Shown in pieces: positions 10,424 through 19,225 of a stretch of 41,750 nt of DNA. The translations under genes and the position numbers were made by a program. Source of the stretch: Flavobacteriales bacterium (GTDB lineage: Bacteria; Bacteroidota; Bacteroidia; Flavobacteriales; TMED113). How positions within the stretch are numbered: the stretch's first letter is position 1; every line of letters begins with the position of its first letter. The stretch is taken from assembly GCA_002698365.1 (NCBI GenBank), contig NZWM01000055.1, positions 1 to 41,750 of the forward strand. The letters are read 5' to 3'. The notes below the pieces were generated by a model, which was not told where the DNA came from, made no database searches, and saw only the letters and a program-made list of their open reading frames with translations.

Positions 10424-10885
10424 TTATTTATATGATTCTAATATTTGTTTAGCATGATTTTTTGTATCTACTTTTTTGAATATTTTTTCAATGATTTGAT
10501 TTTCATTAATCACAAATGTGATTCTATGGACACCTTCATATTCTCTTCCCATAAACTTTTTAGGGCCAAAAACACCATAATTCATACACATTTTCTTATC
10601 TACATCTGCAATTAGATTAAAACCTAAATTAAATTTAGAAATAAATTTTTGATGAGACTCTACATTATCTGGACTCACACCTAATACATCAAAGCCCTTT
10701 TTATGTAATTCAGAATAATTTTCAGTAAGATTACAAGATTCTGCAGTACACCCGGGAGTGTTATCTTTAGGATAAAAATATAATATCAGCTTCTTACCTT
10801 TGTAATCTGAAAGAGATAACTGATTACTATTTTGATCTAATCCTAAGAAAGCTGGCGCCTTATCGCCGATATTTAAATGTGTCAT
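10424..10885 (-). CDS. bcp: Thioredoxin-dependent thiol peroxidase (peroxiredoxin Bcp)
   Basis: [12 protein letters not shown] peroxidatic-Cys motif, 153 aa. Confidence 0.9.
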   Translation of the reverse strand: MTHLNIGDKAPAFLGLDQNSNQLSLSDYKGKKLILYFYPKDNTPGCTAESCNLTENYSELHKKGFDVLGVSPDNVESHQKFISKFNLGFNLIADVDKKMCMNYGVFGPKKFMGREYEGVHRITFVINENQIIEKIFKKVDTKNHAKQILESYK

Positions 10886-10934
10886 GAAAAAGATTTTTTA
10901 TTTATTTAAATGTAATAAATCAATATTTATTTTC

Positions 10935-11570
10935 TTACTCAAAAAGCGATTTTCTGCCAACAATACTGCAAATAGGACAATCTTTAGGATTATGTGTTCT
11001 CGCTGGACAGTATTCTCTTCCAAAATAAATTATTTGCAAGTGTAATTTATTCCATAGCTCTTTAGGAAAAATCTTTTTACAATCTTTTTCGGTTTCTTTA
11101 ACATTTTTCCCACTACTTATACCCCATCTATAACTCAATCTATGAATATGTGTATCAACTGGGAACGCAGGAACGCCAAAAGCTTGAGACATAACTACTG
11201 AGGCTGTTTTATGACCCACTCCTGGAAAACTTTCAAGATCATCAAAGTTATCCGGCACAATTGAATTATATTGACTCACTAGTAACTGGGATAACATATA
11301 TATTGCTTTAGATTTTTGAGGAGATAAACCACAGGGCTTAATAATGGAACGAATTTCATCAACAGAAAGCAAAATCATATCATCTGGATTATCAGCCAAT
11401 TTAAATAAAGCTGGAGTAACTTGATTGACTCGTTCATCAGTACATCTTGCTGATAACAAAACCGCAATCAGCAAAGTGTATGGATTTTTATGTTGTAAAG
11501 GTATTGGAGGTTTTGGGTATAAATCCTCTAATTTTTCAACAATAAAACAAGCTTTTTCCTTTTTATTCAT
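10935..11570 (-). CDS. nth: Endonuclease III
   Basis: Helix-hairpin-helix FPGVGHKTASVV with the catalytic Lys, and VDTHIHR with the catalytic Asp. The C-terminal Cys cluster is atypical (see findings). Confidence 0.9.
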   Translation of the reverse strand: MNKKEKACFIVEKLEDLYPKPPIPLQHKNPYTLLIAVLLSARCTDERVNQVTPALFKLADNPDDMILLSVDEIRSIIKPCGLSPQKSKAIYMLSQLLVSQYNSIVPDNFDDLESFPGVGHKTASVVMSQAFGVPAFPVDTHIHRLSYRWGISSGKNVKETEKDCKKIFPKELWNKLHLQIIYFGREYCPARTHNPKDCPICSIVGRKSLFE

Positions 11571-11604
11571 AGAACAAATACTCCATACTAAAGTAATAAA
11601 ATAT

Positions 11605-11823
11605 TTAATTCAAAATAATTGTGTCATTATCATCTTTATTAGAAATAATAAATAAAGATTTAGAATAATCTATCAAATATTTATTTTCATTCAAATATGA
11701 TGAGGAGTCATCAAGTGCATCTAAGTGGCACAGCTCCTGTTCTAAGAATTCAATAATTTTTTTGTTTTTTTGTTTTCTTAAATAAGTAAATATATTCATA
11801 GGCATATCATTTAAATACAACAA
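11605..11823 (-). CDS. Hypothetical small acidic protein (66-72 aa)
   Basis: The only support is an ORF on the same strand between the ECF sigma gene and nth. It has a TTG start (or ATG six codons later) and no motif I recognise. Confidence 0.25.
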   Translation of the reverse strand: MLYLNDMPMNIFTYLRKQKNKKIIEFLEQELCHLDALDDSSSYLNENKYLIDYSKSLFIISNKDDNDTIILN

Positions 11824-11863
11824 CGAACTATTTACATGATTTATTGTGACATAAAAAAAATAT

Positions 11864-12451
11864 TTAATCTAAATATAAGACAACACCTTCTTTATTAATT
11901 ATCTTTCTCAGATTAATTAGTGCATATCGCATTCTTCCTAAAGCTGTATTAATACTGATATTACATGTTTCTGCAATTTCATTAAAACTCATATTAGAAT
12001 AATAACGCATTTTCACAACTTCCCTTTGAAGAGGAGGAAGTTTACATATGACCTTTTTAACATCAGATAATATTTTATCTTTTATCATTTCTTGCTCAAC
12101 ACTATCAGCAGAATCTTTTACAATGTCAAACACATTAAAATCATCCTTAGATCTAATAAATTTAGTTTTTCTAATCTTTCGAAAATGATCAATAGATAAA
12201 TTATAAGCAATCCGCATCACCCAAGGCAAAAATTTTCCTTGTTCATTATATCTGCCTTTTTTTAAAGTTTTTATAACTTTTAAAAAAGTTTCTTGGAAAA
12301 TATCTTCCGCAAGAGCCTTGTCTCTAACTTTAGAAATGATAAAACCCAAAAGCCTAGATTTGTGTCTATTTATTAAAACATTAAGTGAAGATTCATTGCC
12401 GCCTATATATGAACAAACTAATTGCTCATCTTTAATTGAATTCATAGCCAT
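11864..12451 (-). CDS. ECF-type RNA polymerase sigma-70 family factor
   Basis: Region 2 DIFQETFLKVIK...WVMRIAYNLSIDHFR and region 4 HTH SFNEIAETCNISINTALGRMRYA, 195 aa. Confidence 0.85.
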   Translation of the reverse strand: MAMNSIKDEQLVCSYIGGNESSLNVLINRHKSRLLGFIISKVRDKALAEDIFQETFLKVIKTLKKGRYNEQGKFLPWVMRIAYNLSIDHFRKIRKTKFIRSKDDFNVFDIVKDSADSVEQEMIKDKILSDVKKVICKLPPLQREVVKMRYYSNMSFNEIAETCNISINTALGRMRYALINLRKIINKEGVVLYLD

Positions 12452-12524
12452 ATATTACTTATTTAGTTAAAAAATTTAAAAAAAGTAAATATATTTCTAT
12501 AGGCAAAAAATTAATTTATAAGAG

Positions 12525-12532
12525 CAAATATA
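12525..12532 (-). promoter_or_regulatory. Candidate -7 box (TATATTTG) upstream of the ECF sigma gene
   Basis: The minus strand reads TATATTTG, an exact TAnnTTTG match ~74 nt upstream of the ATG at 12451. No -33 TTG was found. AT-rich context makes chance matches plausible. Confidence 0.25.
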
Positions 12533-12599
12533 CATAAAATATTTAACATGATTTTTAACATATATATTTTAACGGAAAATAATTAATACATTTACTGAT

Positions 12600-12848
12600 A
12601 TGATTTTAAGAATAATAATAACAGGATATTCGATTTTATTTATAGCAATTTTAGCAAATTTAATAGCAGATTATTTTAACCTGACTACTTGGTATAAATT
12701 CTTACAGAAAATAATAAAAACAAGTTTAAAACACACTATAAGCACACAAAGCATATTTAGTATATTATGGTTATTTATATTATACCCAGCTCTACTTTCA
12801 TTAGGATATTTATTAGGCGACAAAATATATAACTTATTGAACACATGA
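12600..12848 (+). CDS. Hypothetical small membrane protein (82 aa, two predicted TM helices)
   Basis: Hydrophobic segments IIITGYSILFIAILANLIADYF and IFSILWLFILYPALLSLGYLLG. Its TGA stop is 1 nt before the uvrA ATG. Confidence 0.4.
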   Translation: MILRIIITGYSILFIAILANLIADYFNLTTWYKFLQKIIKTSLKHTISTQSIFSILWLFILYPALLSLGYLLGDKIYNLLNT

Positions 12849-12849
12849 T

Positions 12850-15579
12850 ATGACAGAAAAGAATAAAATTATAATAAAAGGAGCACGATTAAATAATTTA
12901 AAAAATATTTCAATTAATATTCCAAAAAACAAACTAGTAGTAATTACTGGTGTATCTGGTTCAGGGAAATCAACATTAGCTTATGATACTATTTATGCTG
13001 AATCACAAAGACGTTACGTCGAAAGCTTGTCATCTTATGCAAGACAATTTTTAAAAAGCCACAACAAACCTGAATTTGATGAAATCAAAGGTTTATCACC
13101 GTCAATTGCTATACAAAATAAAACGAGCATTAATAATGCAAGATCTACAGTGGGTACCATAACTGAAATTTATCATTACATCACATTACTATATGAAAAG
13201 CTAGGTGAGATTTACTCACCAATTAGCGGCAAAAAAGTGAAAATCCATACATTTTCAGATTTAAAAAAATATATTTCTACATTTAAAACTAATACTAAAT
13301 TTTTAATATGCTGCCCCATTAAAAAGGAACAGATAAAACAACTAGAACAAGAAGGATATTCACGAATTATCATCAATGAAGATATTATCACAATAAAGGA
13401 ACTAAAAAACCCGGCAAAAAACATCAAATTAGTAATTGATAGATTAAAATTTCATAACAATTCCGATTTCTATTTTATACTACGTGAAGCATTTCAAAAA
13501 GCTATAGAAATTGGTGATGGGGAATGTGAAATTTATAACCAAAATGGAATTTTTTTAAAAAACCTGAACACAAAATTAAAATTAGATAAAATCACTTTCC
13601 ACACACCAAGTAAAGATTTATTTAATTTTAACAACCCATATGGAGCATGTGTGACTTGCAATGGTCATGGCGACCTTATTGACATTGATGAAGAAAAAGT
13701 CATACCTAATCAAAAACTAACTATTCTTCAAAATGCTATACATCCATGGAAAAATGGAAAAATGGAAAAATGGAAAAACGCATTAATTAAAGAAGCTCAA
13801 CAAATCAAATTCCCGATTGATAAAAAATATTTTGAATTGACCGAAATAGAAAAAAAAATACTATGGGACGGAAAAAATAATTGGAAAGGAATTAATGCAT
13901 TTTTTGATTTTTTACAAAGAAAATCTTATAAAATACAATATCGAATTATGCTAGCCAGATACAGAGGGCTATCAAAGTGTAAAAAATGCAATGGGACAAG
14001 ATTAAAACCAGAAAGTCAATATATTTTAATTAATAAAAAAAGTATTGGGGAAATTACAAATTTATCCATGATAAAATTGTTAGAATTCATTAATGGAATT
14101 TCTACTAACAAACATAAAACAAAAATCATAAATAAAATACAGGAGGAAATTACCCATCGTATTAAAACGCTTATCAATCTTGGCTTAGATTATCTAACAT
14201 TAAATAGGAAATCGAATTCTTTATCTGGAGGGGAAAATCAAAGAATTAATATAGCAAAAGCAATTGGCAGTGTACTAGTTGGTTCAATATACATTTTAGA
14301 TGAACCCACTATTGGATTACATGCTAGAGATACCAACAAGTTATTGCGTGTCTTGTGGCAATTAAAAGAACTTGGAAACTCAGTTATTGTTGTAGAACAT
14401 GATAAAAATATTATTAAACATTGTGATTACATTATTGACCTGGGACCAAAAGCCGGATTAAACGGAGGTGAAATTATATATCATGGTAAGATTAAAAAAA
14501 ATGTGACTAATAGTTTAACACTGCAATATATTAACAATCAAGAAAAAATTAGACGCATATCAGAAATGCGAACTCCAACAAATTTTATAAAAATAAATAG
14601 CATTAATAAACATAATCTAAAAAACCTTAACGCAAAGATACCAATGCACGTTTTTACAGCCATTACAGGTGTAAGTGGTTCAGGGAAAAGCACACTATTA
14701 AAAGAGATAATACTACCAGCTATAAAAAGAAAATTGAAAGACTACAACTTCAAAACACCAAATTGCGATGCTATTAATGTGGATTTAGGTGATATTGAAA
14801 ACATAGAATTTATAGATCAACATTCCATCAAAAAATCATCTACATCAACACCAATTACATATATCAAAGCTTTTGATCATATTAGACATCTATTCGCATC
14901 ACAGCCTCTTTCTAAAATAAATAACTTAAGAGGTACAGATTTTTCATTTAACACTTCTGGTGGACGATGTGAAAACTGCAAGGGAAAAGGCCATGTAATT
15001 ATAGAAATGCAATTTTTAGCAGATATAAAAATCACATGTGAAGAATGTAAGGGGATGAGATATAAAGAAAAAGTACTAAATATTCTATTCGAACATGTCA
15101 ATATTAGTCAATTATTAGACTACACTATCCAGGAAGGGTATAATTTTTTTAATGAACATAATCAAACAAGAATTAGCTCTCAAATGGAAGAACTACTGAA
15201 TGTGGGATTAGGTTATTTAAAATTAGGACAAGGAATCAATACACTGAGTTCTGGTGAATTACAAAGATTAAAATTAGCATCCTTTCTAACAAACAAAACT
15301 AAAAAATCCATTTTTATTTTTGACGAACCAACCAGAGGATTACATTTCCATGATGTAAACATATTATTAAAAGCTCTTGAAAATCTAGTGCAAAATGGTA
15401 ACACTGTCATTGTTATTGAACATAATATTGACATTATTAAAAATGTAGACTGGGTCATCGATTTAGGACCAGATGGCGGTGAGAACGGTGGGCAAATAAT
15501 ATTCTCTGGAACACCAAAAAAATTATCAAAAGAAAAATCACATACCGGGCTTGCTCTACAAGAAGAAATTAATCATTAA
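12850..15579 (+). CDS. uvrA: Excinuclease ABC subunit A
   Basis: Two Walker A sites (GVSGSGKST twice), ABC signatures LSGGENQR and LSSGELQR, and CxxC zinc modules (CVTCNGHG, CKKCNGT, CENCKGKG, CEECKG). Confidence 0.97.
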   Translation: MTEKNKIIIKGARLNNLKNISINIPKNKLVVITGVSGSGKSTLAYDTIYAESQRRYVESLSSYARQFLKSHNKPEFDEIKGLSPSIAIQNKTSINNARSTVGTITEIYHYITLLYEKLGEIYSPISGKKVKIHTFSDLKKYISTFKTNTKFLICCPIKKEQIKQLEQEGYSRIIINEDIITIKELKNPAKNIKLVIDRLKFHNNSDFYFILREAFQKAIEIGDGECEIYNQNGIFLKNLNTKLKLDKITFHTPSKDLFNFNNPYGACVTCNGHGDLIDIDEEKVIPNQKLTILQNAIHPWKNGKMEKWKNALIKEAQQIKFPIDKKYFELTEIEKKILWDGKNNWKGINAFFDFLQRKSYKIQYRIMLARYRGLSKCKKCNGTRLKPESQYILINKKSIGEITNLSMIKLLEFINGISTNKHKTKIINKIQEEITHRIKTLINLGLDYLTLNRKSNSLSGGENQRINIAKAIGSVLVGSIYILDEPTIGLHARDTNKLLRVLWQLKELGNSVIVVEHDKNIIKHCDYIIDLGPKAGLNGGEIIYHGKIKKNVTNSLTLQYINNQEKIRRISEMRTPTNFIKINSINKHNLKNLNAKIPMHVFTAITGVSGSGKSTLLKEIILPAIKRKLKDYNFKTPNCDAINVDLGDIENIEFIDQHSIKKSSTSTPITYIKAFDHIRHLFASQPLSKINNLRGTDFSFNTSGGRCENCKGKGHVIIEMQFLADIKITCEECKGMRYKEKVLNILFEHVNISQLLDYTIQEGYNFFNEHNQTRISSQMEELLNVGLGYLKLGQGINTLSSGELQRLKLASFLTNKTKKSIFIFDEPTRGLHFHDVNILLKALENLVQNGNTVIVIEHNIDIIKNVDWVIDLGPDGGENGGQIIFSGTPKKLSKEKSHTGLALQEEINH
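13747..13778 (+). repeat. Octanucleotide tandem repeat (TGGAAAAA)x4 inside uvrA
   Basis: Four perfect head-to-tail copies at 13747, 13755, 13763 and 13771. They are read in frame as WKNGKMEKWKN. Confidence 0.95.
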
Positions 15580-17305
15580 TAAACTGTTGGTAATAATAAT
15601 TAGCATATTTACCATTTAAATTCAGTAATTTTTCATGCGTACCCATCTCAATTAAATCGCCCTTTTCTAACAATAAAATATTATCCGCAGATTTAATTGT
15701 AGATAAACGATGTGCAATTATAATAGATGTTCGACCCTGTGTTAACCGTTTAATTGCTCTTTGTATTAATCTATCTGTTTCAGGATCCATAGAAGAAGTA
15801 GCTTCATCTAAAATAAGATATGGAGGATTAATTAGGTAAGTTCTCAAAAATGAGATTAATTGTTTTTCTCCTTGAGATAGTCCTACACCTCTTTCACCAA
15901 TATGATAATTATAATTATCAGGAAATTTGTAAATGAAATCTTCTAAACCAACCTTTTTGACAGCATCATATACTTCCTGATCAGAAAATTCATTGAAAAA
16001 TTTAATATTATTCATTAATGTATCTGAAAGAAAAAAACTGTTCTGCAAAACTATACCTACACTTAAACGTAATTGATTCATATTTATGTTATTAATATCC
16101 TCATCATCAATGAATATAGTTTTATTTTTAACAGCATACCACTTCATAATTAAATTAACAAGAGTTGTCTTCCCTGAACCTGTAGATCCAATAATTGCTA
16201 CGGTCTCATTTGCTTGAATTTTAAAACTAATATTTTTTAAAACAGGCTCATTTTCTTTATACTCAAAATTTACATTTTTAAATACTATATCTCCTACTGA
16301 TAATTTATCCTTCAATACAGGAACATCTACTTCATAATTTTTAGATTCTAAAACATTAAATACTCTACGAACAGCAACAACCCCCATCTGCAAAATATTA
16401 AACTTATCTGCCATTGACCTTAATGGTCTAAATAACATATTAATAAATAAAATAAATGCTATCAACTCCCCTATTGTAACATTTCCAACAGAAACCACAT
16501 TAAGAGCACCATACCAAACCAACAACCCCATTGCTATAGCTGCACACACATCTATAACAGGCAAAAAAATAGAGAAATAAAACACTGTTTTTATATGTGC
16601 GTCTCTGTGCGCTAAGTTCAATTTTTCAAACTTGTCAAATTGTTCTTTTTCTTGTCCGAATAACTGCACTACAGGCATTCCAATAATATGTTCGTATACA
16701 AAAGTATTTATTTTAGATATGTATTTTCTTACATCTACAAAAGCTAAATGCATATGTCGTTGAAAAATAATGGTCGAAAATATTAAAAACGGCAAACATA
16801 CCAAACTAATTAAAGCTAACTCCCAACTCATCAAAAACATGCAGACAATAATTAATAACATTTTAAACAAATCCCCAAAAAAAACTAATAAACCTTGTGA
16901 AAAAATCGAAGCAATTGCTTCGATATCTGAAACAACTCTAGTGATAAGTTGTCCAACAGGGGTCTTGTCAAAATATCTTACTTGAAATCTTAATATTGTG
17001 AAAAAAACCTTAGATCGCAATTTTTGAATAATTTTTTGCGCTAAATAATTTGACCTATAAACAAAAACAAATTGCAAAAAAGCTTCAAAAAATAAACAAA
17101 ATAAAATAATCAACATAATATTCATTAAACCTTGCACATCACTATTCATAATATAATTATCAAATGCATATTGGATTAATAATGGTCTAATTGTAGATAA
17201 TACACCAAAACATATAGACACAAGAATTGTAGCAAAAAAAAGAAATCTATAGATCTTTACGTAAGGCCATAATTTAAATAAAAATTTAAAATCCAATGCT
17301 TTCAC
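15569..17305 (-). CDS. ABC transporter, fused permease/ATP-binding protein (MsbA-like exporter)
   Basis: Six-TM N-terminal domain, Walker A GSTGSGKTT, signature LSQGEKQ, and Walker B ILDEATS. GTG start overlaps the truA stop (GTGA). Confidence 0.9.
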   Translation of the reverse strand: MKALDFKFLFKLWPYVKIYRFLFFATILVSICFGVLSTIRPLLIQYAFDNYIMNSDVQGLMNIMLIILFCLFFEAFLQFVFVYRSNYLAQKIIQKLRSKVFFTILRFQVRYFDKTPVGQLITRVVSDIEAIASIFSQGLLVFFGDLFKMLLIIVCMFLMSWELALISLVCLPFLIFSTIIFQRHMHLAFVDVRKYISKINTFVYEHIIGMPVVQLFGQEKEQFDKFEKLNLAHRDAHIKTVFYFSIFLPVIDVCAAIAMGLLVWYGALNVVSVGNVTIGELIAFILFINMLFRPLRSMADKFNILQMGVVAVRRVFNVLESKNYEVDVPVLKDKLSVGDIVFKNVNFEYKENEPVLKNISFKIQANETVAIIGSTGSGKTTLVNLIMKWYAVKNKTIFIDDEDINNINMNQLRLSVGIVLQNSFFLSDTLMNNIKFFNEFSDQEVYDAVKKVGLEDFIYKFPDNYNYHIGERGVGLSQGEKQLISFLRTYLINPPYLILDEATSSMDPETDRLIQRAIKRLTQGRTSIIIAHRLSTIKSADNILLLEKGDLIEMGTHEKLLNLNGKYANYYYQQFIND

Positions 17306-18057
17306 AACTTAAATAATTTTGGGTATTCAACATCTATTAAATATAAACCAGATGCTGGGACTGAAACACCAGCTTGAGATCGATCACAACTACGCATAAT
17401 ATTAGAAAAAGTATTTATAGATATTTTTTTCAAACCAACATCAATTAATGTACCAACAATACACCTGACCATATTATATAAAAATCTATCTGATTCAATG
17501 GAGAAGATAAGCATGTTTTTACTCTTCATCCAATAAGCTGATTTAACTACACATATTGGATTGTCTGAATTTAATTTAGAAAAGGCACTAAAATTGTTCT
17601 TACCTATTAATAAAGAAGCTGCTTCATTCATGGACTTAAGATCTATTTTTTTAGAAAAAAAATATGATCTATTAATTAAAAATGGATCTTTCTTGGTAGA
17701 AATCCAATATTCATATTTTCTTGAAATAGCAGAAAAACGTGCATGGAAATCATTTGAAATAATTTGAATATTATTAATAACAATATCTTCTGACAAGAAC
17801 CTATTCAGCCTATAAACTAAATCTGCACAATCTGTTTTTTGATAATCAAAATGTGCAAAAAAATTGACTGCATGTACACCGGCATCTGTTCTACCTGCAC
17901 CCACCATCAACTTAATATCTGTATTTAAAATACAATGTAAACCTGCCATAATATCGCCCTGAATACTTTTAGCATTATTTTGAATCTGCCAGCCTGAGTA
18001 ATGAGTTCCTAAATAAGAAAGATTGATTACATATCGATATTCATAATTAATAGTCAT
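17302..18057 (-). CDS. truA: tRNA pseudouridine(38-40) synthase
   Basis: GAGRTDAGVHA catalytic-Asp motif, 251 aa. Confidence 0.95.
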   Translation of the reverse strand: MTINYEYRYVINLSYLGTHYSGWQIQNNAKSIQGDIMAGLHCILNTDIKLMVGAGRTDAGVHAVNFFAHFDYQKTDCADLVYRLNRFLSEDIVINNIQIISNDFHARFSAISRKYEYWISTKKDPFLINRSYFFSKKIDLKSMNEAASLLIGKNNFSAFSKLNSDNPICVVKSAYWMKSKNMLIFSIESDRFLYNMVRCIVGTLIDVGLKKISINTFSNIMRSCDRSQAGVSVPASGLYLIDVEYPKLFKL

Positions 18058-18114
18058 TTAAAAAAATTTTTATAAAAATAATGATAAATTATAACCATAT
18101 TTATAAAAATAGAC

Positions 18115-18633
18115 ATGAAAAAAATTGCTATAATATCCGACACTCATAGTTTCTGGGACACAAAAATATATAATTTAATTCATGAATGCGATGAGGTATG
18201 GCATGCTGGTGATTTTGGATATAGTGAAGAGATAGAACAAAACATACAAAAATTTAACATCAAAGGAGTTTATGGAAATATTGATGGACAAGAAATAAGA
18301 AAAAGATATTCGAAAACACTTAGGTTCTATTGTGAAAAGGTCAAAGTACTCATAACTCATATTGGAGGTTATCCTAATAAATATCGGCCAGAAATAAAAG
18401 AAGAAATCGAAAAATATAGGCCTAACTTATATATCTGTGGTCATTCACACATATTAAAAATCATGTATGACAAAAAGCATAATTTATTACATATAAATCC
18501 TGGTGCTGCTGGAAAAGAAGGATTTCACAAAGTCCGTACGATGGTACTTTTGGAAATACATGGGAAAGAAATTAAAAATATCCAAGTTGCAGAATTAGGA
18601 CCACGAGTTAAATCAACGAAGTCTATTAATTGA
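18115..18633 (+). CDS. Metallophosphoesterase, YfcE/MJ0936 family
   Basis: Metal-ligand motifs ISDTH, HAGDF, GNIDG and CGHSH, in order. Confidence 0.8.
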   Translation: MKKIAIISDTHSFWDTKIYNLIHECDEVWHAGDFGYSEEIEQNIQKFNIKGVYGNIDGQEIRKRYSKTLRFYCEKVKVLITHIGGYPNKYRPEIKEEIEKYRPNLYICGHSHILKIMYDKKHNLLHINPGAAGKEGFHKVRTMVLLEIHGKEIKNIQVAELGPRVKSTKSIN

Positions 18634-19077
18634 ATTAATTAAATCTTCGTCTTGCTTCATTTTTTTTCTTGCAGCATATAATAAAAAACAACAAATAAAC
18701 GGATTTAAGATTGCAGCATATAATAAAATCTCCAGTAAAGTAGAATCCAATAGATTTATTAAATCAAATAACACAATTGAAAAATAGAACATTGAATAAA
18801 TCAGCATAAAAAGACTTAAATAAAATGATAAACTAGTTAACTTAATTTGCATAGATCTATTTTTAAAAAAGAAAATTGCAATTAGCGATATTATAGAAAT
18901 AATTAAAGGAATAAGAGCTGTAACCTGTAATAAAACATTTATTAAATCACTACTACTAAAAAGTTTATCCTTTAAAAAAACAAAACCTTGTTCATACCAA
19001 CTGCAGCCAAAAAACCAGTATGTAAAATAAAAAAAAGATGCCAAAAATAGGTATATAGACTGAACACGCTGAATCAT
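18613..19077 (-). CDS. DUF4293-like integral membrane protein
   Basis: MIQRVQSIYLFLA N-terminus and four TM helices. Its position divergent from rho is typical of Bacteroidota, from memory. Confidence 0.55.
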   Translation of the reverse strand: MIQRVQSIYLFLASFFYFTYWFFGCSWYEQGFVFLKDKLFSSSDLINVLLQVTALIPLIISIISLIAIFFFKNRSMQIKLTSLSFYLSLFMLIYSMFYFSIVLFDLINLLDSTLLEILLYAAILNPFICCFLLYAARKKMKQDEDLINSINRLR

Positions 19078-19225
19078 ATAATTATATTTTTTTTTGCAAT
19101 ATATATAATTATTAAAAAATTGTTGTATAATTGCAGTGCTATTGTAAGAATACGCCTCATTTGAAATTTCCCTATTTAAAACATATTTTGGTAATTAAAT
19201 TGTCGGCAAACTAAATATTATATAT

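Noticed and set aside
18069-18111. A 12-nt direct repeat, TTTATAAAAATA, at 18069-18080 and 18100-18111 in the truA/metallophosphoesterase divergent spacer.
   Set aside because: It is pure A/T low-complexity sequence in a 57-bp AT-rich spacer, so chance recurrence is likely and no protein-binding inference is justified.
19078-19225. The 148-bp rho leader and the 148-bp and 172-bp divergent spacers (12452-12599, 40362-40533) as possible hiding places for a tRNA, riboswitch or sRNA.
   Set aside because: They are almost pure A/T, with no cloverleaf-capable G:C stems and no conserved riboswitch cores that I can recognise. They are most simply divergent promoter regions.
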